Shown here piece after piece: positions 46,326 through 56,763 of a stretch of DNA of 64,000 nucleotides. The position numbers were made by a program, and so were the translations under genes. The DNA is taken from positions 269,064 through 333,063 of the IMG/VR virus record IMGVR_UViG_3300031998_000001. One strand, 5' to 3'. The DNA is from a virus (Duplodnaviria; Heunggongvirae; Uroviricota; Caudoviricetes). Every line of letters begins with the position of its first letter. Position 1 is the first letter of the stretch. Below the pieces are notes generated by a model that saw nothing but the letters and a program-made list of their open reading frames with translations, did no database searches and was not told where the DNA came from.

Positions 46326-47528
46326 ATGAACATCCAGCGGATTAAAATCACAAACCCCGTTGATTTTGAAGAGACCATCCTTAACATACCCGTAGAGAAG
46401 GGTGAGAAGATTTTAAGCAAAGAGCCATACGCGCTCGAACTCCTTAACAGATACCGTGGCATAAGCAGGGACGACATCAAGGCTTGTGCAGAGTTTGAGA
46501 AGTCAAGCGGAACGCAACTCCTCGACAACGCGATAGTGCAGAAGTCTGGCGACAGGTACTACTTTGAACTTTCGCCGAAGTATTCGCTCGTATCGAATGT
46601 GAAGAGCGAGAAGCACATCGACCCGTCACTGTTCGACGAGAACGCACGCTACAGGATGCCCGTCATCGTGACGAAGCAGGCTGGCGGGAAGATTGCCATA
46701 AGCACACAACACAGCCTTATGCTCTCCACGAAGAAGGAACTCATAGAGGCGAGCGCGAAGGCGAAGAAGGAGACCGCTTGGGAGTGTACGATAGAGGCGC
46801 AGGTGAACGGCGGGTATCGCGTTGACATAAACGATGTCAAGTGCTTTATGCCCGGTTCGTTCGCAATGCCGTACAAGTTGAAGGACTACTCCTCGCTTCT
46901 CGGAAAGAAACTCAATGTAGTTCCGATTTCATATTCGGCGCAGCACGACAGCATTGTCGTTTCCCACGTGGACTACCTCAAGATACTCCGCAGTGCCGAA
47001 CTCGTGCAGATTGCAGAGAACCTCGAAGCAGAACCGAACAGGCAGTACAGGGGAACGGTAACGAAGATTGGCGTGAACTACATCCTCGTCACATTCCTCA
47101 ACGCATCCTGCGCGAAGATACCGACAACCGATATGGGAGAGGAACTTACCGCAATGTTCGCCAACAACGAACTTGTGGTCGAGGAGACCGAAATCGACTT
47201 CTACATCGACACGATTATCGACACCCAGACGATTATGGCTACCCAGAACTTCCGTTCAAGGGAAATCTGGAACTCCATAAAGGAAAGCCTCAATGTCGGC
47301 ACGAAGGTTACTGGAACTATCCAGAATGTAAGCGGAAACCTCGTTTTCATCTGGCTGGACGAATATGATGTAATCACGGCTATCGCACGCTTCGAGAACC
47401 ACACATACGAAACTGGCTCGCAGATTGACCTCATCATCAAGAATGTCAATGCCGACAAGCGCATAATCGAGACTTCGGTCGCAAGCAAGCGGTATGACGA
47501 GAGGTTCGGTCGCAGGCAACAGCAGTAG
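46326..47528 (+). CDS. Ribosomal protein bS1-like multi-S1-domain protein
   Basis: GGYRVDINDVKCFMPGS...IVVSH and further S1-like repeats (VGTKVTGTIQNV...VNADKRII). Confidence 0.8.
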   Translation: MNIQRIKITNPVDFEETILNIPVEKGEKILSKEPYALELLNRYRGISRDDIKACAEFEKSSGTQLLDNAIVQKSGDRYYFELSPKYSLVSNVKSEKHIDPSLFDENARYRMPVIVTKQAGGKIAISTQHSLMLSTKKELIEASAKAKKETAWECTIEAQVNGGYRVDINDVKCFMPGSFAMPYKLKDYSSLLGKKLNVVPISYSAQHDSIVVSHVDYLKILRSAELVQIAENLEAEPNRQYRGTVTKIGVNYILVTFLNASCAKIPTTDMGEELTAMFANNELVVEETEIDFYIDTIIDTQTIMATQNFRSREIWNSIKESLNVGTKVTGTIQNVSGNLVFIWLDEYDVITAIARFENHTYETGSQIDLIIKNVNADKRIIETSVASKRYDERFGRRQQQ

Positions 47529-47643
47529 GCAGGGATATTTTTACACATCTTAATACTCGGAGGGCGGAAGCATCCCCAAATGCGCCCGCCCTCATTTTTT
47601 ATGCCGTATGGTGTTATATATAAATATTATATAATAGATTGTT

Positions 47644-48192
47644 ATGATATACCGCATAGCGGGTATTGATAACTGGTATCTTTGCGGAATTATGAAATGG
47701 AAATTCAACAGCAGGACAGGTATGATGGAACCCGAAAGGAAGTCGGGATTCAATGTGAGCGGACGGATGGGCGGAATAATGGTCGAGGACTTCGACAGGC
47801 ATATCCAGTTCCTCATACACTACGGCTCTGACGAGGTGTCGCACTGCGTGGGCTGTACGGCAAGATGCCTCAACCTGTTCGATGTGAACACCGCGAGGAG
47901 AATAGCCGACGAGATAGGGAGGGTGGCGAGAAGCCACAACACCCGCACCAAGTATTCGGACTTCAGGTATCTCGCAAGGGGTATGAAGGTCGATGAGTGC
48001 GAGGGAAACCCCAACCCGCCAGTATCGGGGATGGGCGACATAGAGTTCCCAAGCGACGGCAGACCCGGAAGCGGCGATATGCTCGAAAGACCGAGAAGAA
48101 GGAGAAGGCGCAGGCTTCCTACGGCTATCCAGCCGAAGCAAAAGACGATATTGTCGTTCGACGACTTCGTAAGGGAGAACGACTATAAATAA
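47644..48192 (+). CDS. Hypothetical protein
   Basis: ORF after TATAAATA; C-terminal ILSFDDFVRE. Confidence 0.55.
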   Translation: MIYRIAGIDNWYLCGIMKWKFNSRTGMMEPERKSGFNVSGRMGGIMVEDFDRHIQFLIHYGSDEVSHCVGCTARCLNLFDVNTARRIADEIGRVARSHNTRTKYSDFRYLARGMKVDECEGNPNPPVSGMGDIEFPSDGRPGSGDMLERPRRRRRRRLPTAIQPKQKTILSFDDFVRENDYK

Positions 48193-48212
48193 TAACCAAA
48201 CACTACAAGAAA

Positions 48213-50255
48213 ATGGCATACACTCCGTTATTAAAGAAACTCAACAGGCAGGGAAGCACATTCTACACATTCAGCAGTGCTGCGAAGGATTTGAGCAAGT
48301 GCTTGGGCAACAGTTCGGTGCTTGAGTTCAGGTTCTCGCACTTCGCCCTCCTCAACATACCTGACATAATAAACGCCTACTCCCCGACAACGGTCGTGGC
48401 ACAGCCGACGGGGAACAAGATGGACATCACCAGCGGGGAGAGGTTCAAGTGGTGGACTAACATAGAGCACAAGAAAAAGACGAGTTATATGCTCGCGACT
48501 ATGCTCCAGAACTATGTGTTCAACTTCGAGGAGTGCCTCATTTCAAGGAGCGTCCCGACGGACACGCACAGAAGCCTTGCCGAAAGGGTGTTCTGGCACT
48601 GGATGTACCACACTGGCGCAATCTCGTGGAGAGAGGCTGTGCAGGGAAGCGAAGTCGTGCCGACACGCACAAGGCGCATAGAGGGCAACGAGGGGACGGA
48701 AGCATACAGCAGGGTGGTGCAGTATCTCGGCAACATAGACATCACGAACAATGTTGACATAAACTCGGATGCCTACACCGAACTCTACATACACACCCCA
48801 GCGGAAGCGGGCTACACCCCGAAGATACTATGGCTCAACGACAACACTGGCGAGAACGACATATTCGCGAAGGACACGACCTATGAGTGCGAGAACCGCT
48901 CGACGATATTCGGTCAGGGGGAGGAGAACCCGAACTACACTTCGGACGAGGCTGACGACAACCCAGAGGAACTCTCGTACTGCGCGATATACGATGTCAA
49001 CGGCAACGGGCAGGACGACTGCTACATAACGGAGGACAGCGACAACGAGGGCGTGTGCATAGACTTCGACGCGGAGAGTTACTGGGACATTATGAACAAC
49101 GCGAGCGTCAACACTATGGACGAGTACAATGCAAGCGGAATGGCGGACACATTCGAGTTCAACGCGGTGCTCGTGTACTACGACATAATAGACAAGGGGG
49201 ACGGGAGCAGGACAAGCAACCTCTACGGGATTATGTTCCTCGACGATGTTATTTCGGTGAACGGGGGCGAGTATGTCCAGAGATACCCGAAGTACAAGCC
49301 GACGGAGGGGGCGGTCAACGGCAACTCATACGGCTTCAAGTTGAACCTGCGCATAGACATAGAGCCGAACAAGCAGGGGATAACAACACTCGTCAACGAG
49401 TACAACACATATTCGATGGGCTTGTTCGCGGATGCCATAATGCGCATTCAGGAATGCACGAACACATTTATGCACATTCGGGACGAGCACTATGAACTCG
49501 CAAGGAAATACAATGAACTTGAAACGATAATCAAGTCCATATACAGCGTGGACGCGCTCAAGAAGAGGGTGGACGAACTCGAACGGACGATGGAGGACGC
49601 TGGCATAGCACTCTCCGACACCAACGCCATACTCGACATCATATACAACAACGGAAGGCGGATAGACGAACTCGTGGAGGGGAAACTCCCGAACAGCCTC
49701 GCTCTCGGACTTGATGTGATAAAGTCTGGCTACGGCATAGACATAGACACTGGGGACAACAAGTCCGCCCGCATAGCGTTGAAGGGGATAGGCTGGCAGC
49801 AATGCCCCGTGACGCTCGTCAACGACCAGTCGTTCGGAGTGATAGGCAAGGACAACCCGATTTCACTCGGCAACACGGAGAGGGGCGACAACAGGATAGT
49901 CGGCATAATGGTTGACGGGAACAATATGGTCAGGATACACACGGATGCCGTGGCACTCTGCCAGCACGACATAGAGGTCTATATTGACGACAGCCTTTCG
50001 AGTTGGCACAACGGTCAGACGCTCCGAATAGTGTTCCCGACACTCCCGAAGGCGACGCTCAACACGCACAGGATAAAGATATACACCGACAAGGCTTGCA
50101 GGAGCGGACACCAGACGGACGGTATGGGCTACGGTTGCGAGTGCATAGTGGTATCTGGCGAACTCGTGAACGACAACCCGATTATAGACATAACCTGCAT
50201 AGACGAAAACTTCACACTCGGCAACGACTCAATCATAGCCGATGTAATAAGATAG
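48213..50255 (+). CDS. Putative virion structural protein
   Basis: 680-aa acidic ORF after TATAAATA with a central coiled coil. Confidence 0.65.
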   Translation: MAYTPLLKKLNRQGSTFYTFSSAAKDLSKCLGNSSVLEFRFSHFALLNIPDIINAYSPTTVVAQPTGNKMDITSGERFKWWTNIEHKKKTSYMLATMLQNYVFNFEECLISRSVPTDTHRSLAERVFWHWMYHTGAISWREAVQGSEVVPTRTRRIEGNEGTEAYSRVVQYLGNIDITNNVDINSDAYTELYIHTPAEAGYTPKILWLNDNTGENDIFAKDTTYECENRSTIFGQGEENPNYTSDEADDNPEELSYCAIYDVNGNGQDDCYITEDSDNEGVCIDFDAESYWDIMNNASVNTMDEYNASGMADTFEFNAVLVYYDIIDKGDGSRTSNLYGIMFLDDVISVNGGEYVQRYPKYKPTEGAVNGNSYGFKLNLRIDIEPNKQGITTLVNEYNTYSMGLFADAIMRIQECTNTFMHIRDEHYELARKYNELETIIKSIYSVDALKKRVDELERTMEDAGIALSDTNAILDIIYNNGRRIDELVEGKLPNSLALGLDVIKSGYGIDIDTGDNKSARIALKGIGWQQCPVTLVNDQSFGVIGKDNPISLGNTERGDNRIVGIMVDGNNMVRIHTDAVALCQHDIEVYIDDSLSSWHNGQTLRIVFPTLPKATLNTHRIKIYTDKACRSGHQTDGMGYGCECIVVSGELVNDNPIIDITCIDENFTLGNDSIIADVIR

Positions 50256-50259
50256 GACA

Positions 50260-50988
50260 ATGGCGAACATAGTTCACATAGGGATAGACTTCAGCATAAA
50301 CTCCCCAGCGGTGTGCATAGAGACCAACGGGAACAGCATCAGGTGGTTGAGCCTCTTCAACTGCGACGGAAAGCAGTGGCAGAGACCGAACCCGACAAAG
50401 GAGTTTATGTGGCACAACAGACTCATAGGCACAGTCAGACTTGCCCCGTACATAAGGTACAAGGCGGACAACAAGACCGACTACATAGAGGAGCAGCAGC
50501 AGAAGATAAAGGACGCATATGCCCTCGCAATGCACATTGTCGAGCAGATACGGCAGACGATACCCTGCGAGGACTACGAGATAGCGACAATCTCGCTCGA
50601 AGGCTTCGCATTCGGAAGCAAGGGCAACTCGTTCATAGACCTCATTATGTACAACTCGATACTTCGGGAAAAACTATTCCACGAGTTCGGGGGGAAGGTG
50701 ATATACATCATACCGCCAGCGCAAGCGAAGAAACTCGCATACAAGGGCAACGCCAACAAGGAGGATATGATTAGGGCTTTCGTGAACTCCGAAGATGCCC
50801 TGTTGAGAAGCACGGGGCTTTGGAAACTTCTGTCGAGGGAAACGATTGACGCGAACTCCGTGAAGCCAGTTGACGACCTTGTGGACAGTTACTGGATTAT
50901 GAAGAGCGGGAAACTCGAATGGCGGATACGCAACGGGCTTGAGGAGAGGGAAGTGCCGAAGAAGAAGGCGAGGTCGAGGAAGAAATAG
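50260..50988 (+). CDS. RuvC-like Holliday junction resolvase
   Basis: IGIDFSINSPAVC, LEGFAFG, KKLA..GNANKEDM, DDLVDSY. Confidence 0.85.
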   Translation: MANIVHIGIDFSINSPAVCIETNGNSIRWLSLFNCDGKQWQRPNPTKEFMWHNRLIGTVRLAPYIRYKADNKTDYIEEQQQKIKDAYALAMHIVEQIRQTIPCEDYEIATISLEGFAFGSKGNSFIDLIMYNSILREKLFHEFGGKVIYIIPPAQAKKLAYKGNANKEDMIRAFVNSEDALLRSTGLWKLLSRETIDANSVKPVDDLVDSYWIMKSGKLEWRIRNGLEEREVPKKKARSRKK

Positions 50989-51035
50989 GCTCTCGGCTCG
51001 GCAACATATAAATAAGTTATATATAGGCGACAACT

Positions 51036-51659
51036 ATGATACACATCAAAAGATTAGACGAGATGATACAGTCCAGCACGCTGAACGAAGGTGCTGGCGC
51101 GGGATACACCGTAGCGATAGACAACATCAAGTGGAACGATGTAGTCAGCGTAAGAAGAAAGGACGACAGGTACTACGAGGTTGTTCTCAACATAGCGGAA
51201 TGCGACGAGTGCAACTGGTATGTCGAGGACTACTACCATTCGATAAACGCGGAGCAGTACATTGAACTCACTGGCAACTACGACTGCCGAAAGATAGACG
51301 GCGGGACAATCACCTGCACGGTTGACGCGGATACGGTCGCATTGAAAACACAGTGCGAAGAGCCAGTCAAGGACAGCGATGTGCGCTCGTATATGTTGAG
51401 CGACATAGAGAGCACACTGAACATCTCCTGTGCTTACGGAGGCGGATGGTCGCACTCGAATCTCGGCGAGGAGTTCACCCTCAAGGGAAGCCGATACACA
51501 ATCGAGAACGGAGAAAACCACATAACCAATATGGGCGCGTGGGAATATATGGGCGTTGATGTTTCCGCAGTAACGATAAGGAGCAAGACTATGGGTCCAG
51601 CCATCGACGACTACTTCGAGAACGACGACGACTACGACGAGCAACTCGCGGATATGTAA
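51036..51659 (+). CDS. Hypothetical protein with MIHIKRLDEM tag
   Basis: ORF after TATAAATA 51007. Confidence 0.7.
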   Translation: MIHIKRLDEMIQSSTLNEGAGAGYTVAIDNIKWNDVVSVRRKDDRYYEVVLNIAECDECNWYVEDYYHSINAEQYIELTGNYDCRKIDGGTITCTVDADTVALKTQCEEPVKDSDVRSYMLSDIESTLNISCAYGGGWSHSNLGEEFTLKGSRYTIENGENHITNMGAWEYMGVDVSAVTIRSKTMGPAIDDYFENDDDYDEQLADM

Positions 51660-51687
51660 ATATTGTCAAACATTAAATTATACCGAA

Positions 51688-52026
51688 ATGAAAAAGATAA
51701 CCGATTTTCTTAACAAGTGGGGGTTCGTAATCGTAATCTGCCTTATGGTTCTCATATACGCGAAGTCCTGTTCGACTGGGAGAAGCGTTGACAAGTGCAA
51801 CAAGCGTATCGACAGTATGGAGAAAGCGATTGCGACCAACGATTCCGTATTCGGCGTGGCATTGGATGAAATCGACGGCAAGTGCATAGGGAGGGATGAT
51901 ATGATTTACCTTCTCCGCACGACCGAGAACACCAAGACGCTCATAACGGAGGAACTTGTGGACAAGAAGCAACTCTCGTTGCAAGACCTCTACAACGGCA
52001 TAACCGAACTTGAGAATAAAAGATAG
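51688..52026 (+). CDS. Membrane-anchored coiled-coil protein
   Basis: N-terminal TM followed by KSC. Confidence 0.65.
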   Translation: MKKITDFLNKWGFVIVICLMVLIYAKSCSTGRSVDKCNKRIDSMEKAIATNDSVFGVALDEIDGKCIGRDDMIYLLRTTENTKTLITEELVDKKQLSLQDLYNGITELENKR

Positions 52027-52032
52027 GAAGCG

Positions 52033-52800
52033 ATGGCTACGAGGATAGAAGAACTTGCATCGAACGGAACTCTCTACTACCGTGGGGACGAGTGCCTTGA
52101 AATAGCACCGTTCGACAACTACTATATGTTCACGGTCTATAAGGAAAGCCCAGATGTCAACAAGGTTGACGAGAGCGTTCCCCTCGACCTCACGCACATA
52201 GGGTTCATCTATCTCCTCTTCCCAGACGGGGAGAACGAAATCCGCATACAGAACTACACCGAAGCCAAGAATGTGGATATGGTCAACGGTCAGGTGGTGT
52301 TCAGGATTGACAAGGCTACGGCGAAGAGGATACTCGCGACTTCGGGCAGGACATTCTACATCACTACGCAGATGACGGACGGAAAGACGGCGGGCGACGA
52401 GACAGTCCTCTACACTGGCAAGTTCGTGGACTTCGCGACTGGTATGTCAAACTCCCTCACGAGCACGGTGGCTACGCTCAAGGCGACGATTAACGACCTC
52501 AAGGTCAAAATCGAGGAGGATGCACTCACATACAGCGGGCAACTCGACATAGCCAACGAGAAGATAAAGTCCCTTGAAGCGACGATAGAGGCTAACGAAA
52601 AGACCATAAGGGAACTTCAGGACACGATAGACGCATACGACAGCGATGTGGTTGACTACATAAAGGCGAACATACTCACGACCGAGTACACCAACAAGGA
52701 TGCGACAAAATTCCCAGCAACAAAAAGGGAATCCCAGTCAACCTCAACAACAACTTCATCGAGGGAAAGGGAGACGGAGGACTTCAAGGTAACAAGATAG
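52033..52800 (+). CDS. Hypothetical protein (beta domain plus coiled coil)
   Basis: 255-aa ORF in an operon. Confidence 0.7.
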   Translation: MATRIEELASNGTLYYRGDECLEIAPFDNYYMFTVYKESPDVNKVDESVPLDLTHIGFIYLLFPDGENEIRIQNYTEAKNVDMVNGQVVFRIDKATAKRILATSGRTFYITTQMTDGKTAGDETVLYTGKFVDFATGMSNSLTSTVATLKATINDLKVKIEEDALTYSGQLDIANEKIKSLEATIEANEKTIRELQDTIDAYDSDVVDYIKANILTTEYTNKDATKFPATKRESQSTSTTTSSRERETEDFKVTR

Positions 52801-52804
52801 CGGT

Positions 52805-52969
52805 ATGGGTTGCAACTGCGGAAAGTCAAGGAAGGTCAGCCAGCAGGCTGAAAAGGCTCTCGGCTCGGAAGCCGAAGGTAAGCGGGAGCGCACCCAGAAC
52901 ACAAAGTCAAGCAACAACAGGATGTCCAAACTCGCTATGCTCAAAAAGATATGGGAAGAAAGCAAGTAG
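52805..52969 (+). CDS. Small MGCNCG-motif protein (54 aa, below the ORF-track cutoff)
   Basis: ATG 4 nt after the previous stop; fills the gap to the next promoter. Confidence 0.65.
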   Translation: MGCNCGKSRKVSQQAEKALGSEAEGKRERTQNTKSSNNRMSKLAMLKKIWEESK

Positions 52970-52994
52970 CCCAAGCCCGACACCGAACATTTTT

Positions 52995-53025
52995 CTGAAA
53001 TCCTTATCTGTTCACTATATATTAG
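52995..53025 (+). promoter_or_regulatory. Class A promoter
   Basis: CTGAAAT-N14-TATATATTAG. Confidence 0.8.
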
Positions 53026-53049
53026 TAGTGGAAAGGAAAGACACAACTG

Positions 53050-54969
53050 ATGGAAATGGAAGCAAAACAGCAGCAGCAGAACCGAACCCCGATATACACG
53101 AACGGCGGTGCGGAGAAGCCAGTTGAAACATTATCGCCAAAACGGATAAAGTTCCGAGACGAAGAGACACGCAAGGCGATGGAACTTCTGTCGCAGGACT
53201 ATACTGGCGTGCTCATACTCGGAGAAGGCGGTGTCGGAAAGACGGCACTTGTCGGGAACATCGCATACGCGCTCACTCTCCCGCAGGCTGGAAGCCTGTA
53301 CGGGAAGAAGGTTACAAGGGTGAAACTCGACGAGATATACAGGTTCATAAACACCCCGTTCGATGTTGACAACAGGCTCTGCGCGGTAATGAACGACATA
53401 ATGGCGGAAGGCTCGGTAGCCTTCATAGACGACATAGACTCATACACGAAGGAGAACAACCTCGACCTGCTCGTGGTCAACAACTTCGTGAAGGCTGGCG
53501 CAAAGGTGATACTCTGCGCGAACACGACATTCAAGGGGAAGTCGTACCTGAAGAACTTCGGCGAGGTGGCGATTGCCGAACTCACGGACGAGCAGACGAT
53601 GGAACTGCTCGGTGACGCGACCGAGAAGGCAGACCACCTGTTCGGCTTCGAGAAGAATGTAATCAGGAAACTCGTGGAGAGCGCAAGCAAGTACAAGTGG
53701 AAACTCAACAAGCGCACGCTCCACCAGCCCGGTTCGGCTTTCTCCCTCTACAACGCTGTAGTGGCTCACGAGAAATACGACTATGCCCTCAAGCATTTCC
53801 AAGTCCACACACAGAACTGGGTTGACACTATGGAGGAAGGCGGGGACGAGATAGACTTCAACAAACTCCTCCTCAACAAGACCAACTACAACAACGAGAT
53901 GCTCTCGAAGCATACGAGGGCTACATACGACACGACAAGGAAGAATGTCGAGGTTGACAGCATATACGAAGTCCTGCACGAGTTCACGGGCGTTAACATA
54001 AACGCGCTCAAGAGCGACAGCGTGGCGATGCTCCGCTCGCTCGGAGACGCATTGAAGTCGCAGGTGTTCGGTCAGGACGAGGTGATTGACAAACTCACGA
54101 AGAGCATAAAGCGCAACAGGCTCGGCGTGGCGAAGAAGAAGGGGGCTATGTGCAACTATATGTTCATCGGCTCTACTGGGACTGGCAAGACATTCCTCGC
54201 GAAGAAACTCGCGAAGGAACTGTACGGAAGCGAGGACAACCTGCTCCGATACGATATGAGCGAGTACAGCGACGAGATAAGCGTGAACAAACTCATCGGT
54301 GCGCCTCCGGGCTATGTCGGATACACCGAAGGCGGTATGCTCGTGAAAGACCTCGAAGCGCACCCGCAGTGCGTAATACTGTTCGACGAGGTGGAGAAGG
54401 CTCACCCAGCGATATACAACCTCCTGCTCCAACTGCTTGACGAAGGCTACATAACGGACAACACCCAGCGCAAGGCGAGCGTCAAGGACTGCGTGATAAT
54501 ACTCACATCGAACATCGGTGTCAAGTCCGCGCTCGACTACAAGTCGGTTGGCTACGGAAGCGAGGAGAAGAAGAAGCAGCAGTCGGACGATGCGCAGAAG
54601 GCAATCATAGAGAACCAACTCCACAAGCGTTTCGCGCCAGAGTTCCTCAACCGCCTCGACGGTATATGCTACTTCGAGAACTTGGGCGACGCGGAGTTCA
54701 ACCGAATATACGACCGCGAACTCAAGGCTGGCACGGAGGAGATAGCCGAACTCGGCTATACGCTCAAGACCGACAGGAAGGTTCGCGCCCTCATCGTCGA
54801 TGAGGCGAAGAAGGAAAATCTCGGTGCGAGGGCGTTGCTCCGAGTAATCCAGCAGAAACTCCTCGATGTCGTCACCAACATTATGATTGACAACGAGGGC
54901 GACAAGAGGGTGATACAGGCGACAGTCAACAAGGACAACGAAATAACCGTAAAACTTGCCAGCAAATGA
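53050..54969 (+). CDS. ClpB/ClpC-like double AAA+ ATPase
   Basis: GEGGVGKT (degenerate D1), GSTGTGKT, DMSEY, IGAPPGYVGY, FDEVEKAH, PEFLNRLD, GAR. Confidence 0.92.
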   Translation: MEMEAKQQQQNRTPIYTNGGAEKPVETLSPKRIKFRDEETRKAMELLSQDYTGVLILGEGGVGKTALVGNIAYALTLPQAGSLYGKKVTRVKLDEIYRFINTPFDVDNRLCAVMNDIMAEGSVAFIDDIDSYTKENNLDLLVVNNFVKAGAKVILCANTTFKGKSYLKNFGEVAIAELTDEQTMELLGDATEKADHLFGFEKNVIRKLVESASKYKWKLNKRTLHQPGSAFSLYNAVVAHEKYDYALKHFQVHTQNWVDTMEEGGDEIDFNKLLLNKTNYNNEMLSKHTRATYDTTRKNVEVDSIYEVLHEFTGVNINALKSDSVAMLRSLGDALKSQVFGQDEVIDKLTKSIKRNRLGVAKKKGAMCNYMFIGSTGTGKTFLAKKLAKELYGSEDNLLRYDMSEYSDEISVNKLIGAPPGYVGYTEGGMLVKDLEAHPQCVILFDEVEKAHPAIYNLLLQLLDEGYITDNTQRKASVKDCVIILTSNIGVKSALDYKSVGYGSEEKKKQQSDDAQKAIIENQLHKRFAPEFLNRLDGICYFENLGDAEFNRIYDRELKAGTEEIAELGYTLKTDRKVRALIVDEAKKENLGARALLRVIQQKLLDVVTNIMIDNEGDKRVIQATVNKDNEITVKLASK

Positions 54970-55232
54970 GAGTTTACATAAAGAACGAAACATTGCACCC
55001 CAGAAACGAAAAGTGCCTCAAAAGGCTTCTAAACAGCAAATACAAGGGGTATGAGTTTTCAACGGGGCTTCACAGCATAACGCTCGAACGGGTGGACGAA
55101 CTCAACGCGCTCGTCCGCGACATAATAGGGGAGTTCGGTCAGACAAGCATATATCCGTTCATAACCCCGTTCAACGACACTATGTGCATTTCGTTTCGGG
55201 AGATGGACATCGACACAAGGCGGTTCAAGTGA
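54966..55232 (+). CDS. Hypothetical protein
   Basis: 88-aa ORF coupled to the Clp stop codon. Confidence 0.6.
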   Translation: MRVYIKNETLHPRNEKCLKRLLNSKYKGYEFSTGLHSITLERVDELNALVRDIIGEFGQTSIYPFITPFNDTMCISFREMDIDTRRFK

Positions 55233-55233
55233 T

Positions 55234-55377
55234 ATGGAAAGGAAGGATTGCAGACATCTCGGAAAACTCGCGGGGACTGGTACGGAAATGTGCCTTGCCG
55301 ACGATGATGTGTCGTTCCCGAAGTGCTCGGACAAGTGCCCGCACTATGAAAAGGCGGTTTCCGAAAGAAAAAACTGA
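55234..55377 (+). CDS. Small Cys-rich protein (47 aa)
   Basis: MERKDCRH...MC...KCSDKCPHY; fills the gap. Confidence 0.5.
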   Translation: MERKDCRHLGKLAGTGTEMCLADDDVSFPKCSDKCPHYEKAVSERKN

Positions 55378-55404
55378 AATCGCAATAGATAAACTATATA
55401 TTAG
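55374..55404 (+). promoter_or_regulatory. Class A promoter
   Basis: CTGAAAT-N14-TATATATTAG directly upstream of the IntC-helicase gene. Confidence 0.8.
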
Positions 55405-55431
55405 GAATCGAAAGGAAAAGGTTTTTGGATT

Positions 55432-56760
55432 ATGAACTTTGCATACGGCATACAGCCAAGCCTCCACCAGCCCGAAAGGAAGTTTGTCGGGAAGGCGGAC
55501 ACGGACGAATGGGAGATAATGACGGACAACGGGTGGAAGGATGTCAAGACGGTAGGCAAGACAGTCCCGTACGAAGTATGGGAGGTCTGGACTGACGGGA
55601 ACAAGTTGCTCCGCTGTGCCGACACCCACATAGTGTACGACGAAGAATGGGACGAGATATATGTCTGCAACCTCAACTCCCAGTCGAGACCAGATATGGT
55701 GCAGACGGCTGACGGGGAGGAGATGGTCGAGGTCGCGTTCAACACGCGGGAGAGGGAGAATATGTACGACATAGAGGTTGACGATGTTGACCACAGGTAT
55801 TACGCCAACGGCTTCGTCTCCCACAACAGCATATTCCTGTGCAACGATGCCACGACATTCTGCCGTATGGGGAAGAATGTCATCTACATCACCTGCGAGA
55901 TGAGCGACCGAAAAATCATAAAGCGTATCGGCGCGAATATGCTCGACATAGAACTGAAGGACTACAACCGCATCGCGTCCGACCAGCGTCTTATGTTCGA
56001 CAGGATACAGGCGTTTCGGAGCAAGCAGTTGACACCTCTCGGAAGGCTGTTCGTCAAGGAGTACCCGACAGGCTCGGCTACGGTGATAGATGTTGAGAAC
56101 TATATGAAGAAGATACAGGAGAAGCACGGGATAAAGATAGATGTCCTCGTAATCGACTATATCAACATTATGAGGAACTACCGATGTTCCGATGCCTCCA
56201 ACACATACATATACATCAAGACGCTCGCGGAGGACTTGCGCGGACTTGCGGTCAAGTATGAGATACTTGTGATAACCGCAACGCAGATTAACCGAAGCGG
56301 GTTCGACACTTCGGACATAACGGTGGCGAATATGAGCGAAAGTACGGGCTTGCTCAACACGGCAGACCAAGGCTACGGCATCATTCAGGACGCGACAATG
56401 AGGGCGGACAAGTTATACAACCTCAAGATACTCAAAATCAGGGACGGCTACGGGAAGAACCACAAGATGGTGCTCTCGATAGACTACAAGAAGATGAGGC
56501 TCGTCGAGGAAGGCACCGTATATGACGAAAACGGCGATACGGTTATGGACACGAGAGGCTCGACAAGGGAAACCGCATCGGCTACGAGGAGTTTCAACCC
56601 AGCGACAGACGGGGGCAAGACCATAGCGGAACGCTTCAACCCAAGCGACAACGGATTCGGTCTGCCGAGCGGTTCTGGCGCAGGCTCGAAGAAGCAGGAC
56701 ATTGTTACCGAAGCACCGAAGGTATCGGAGAATGTAGATATAAACAACTTGGACTTTTAG
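55432..56760 (+). CDS. Split-intein C-fragment (55432-55827) fused to the C-terminal half of a gp41/DnaB-like replicative helicase
   Basis: CADTH (block B), MYDIEV...YYANGFVSHN|S; then YITCEMS, VIDYINIM, AEDLRGLA, TATQINRSG. Confidence 0.92.
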   Translation: MNFAYGIQPSLHQPERKFVGKADTDEWEIMTDNGWKDVKTVGKTVPYEVWEVWTDGNKLLRCADTHIVYDEEWDEIYVCNLNSQSRPDMVQTADGEEMVEVAFNTRERENMYDIEVDDVDHRYYANGFVSHNSIFLCNDATTFCRMGKNVIYITCEMSDRKIIKRIGANMLDIELKDYNRIASDQRLMFDRIQAFRSKQLTPLGRLFVKEYPTGSATVIDVENYMKKIQEKHGIKIDVLVIDYINIMRNYRCSDASNTYIYIKTLAEDLRGLAVKYEILVITATQINRSGFDTSDITVANMSESTGLLNTADQGYGIIQDATMRADKLYNLKILKIRDGYGKNHKMVLSIDYKKMRLVEEGTVYDENGDTVMDTRGSTRETASATRSFNPATDGGKTIAERFNPSDNGFGLPSGSGAGSKKQDIVTEAPKVSENVDINNLDF

Positions 56761-56763
56761 GCT

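Noticed and set aside
6425-54993. Long antisense ORFs (e.g. 6425-7798, 21257-22651, 24454-26418, 53440-54993)
   Set aside because: Shadow frames of well-supported genes on the opposite strand, caused by codon bias.
55234-55377. Small ORF containing CLADDDV as the missing helicase IntN
   Set aside because: It has no helicase N-extein or GxGK before the Cys and looks like a small Cys-rich protein.
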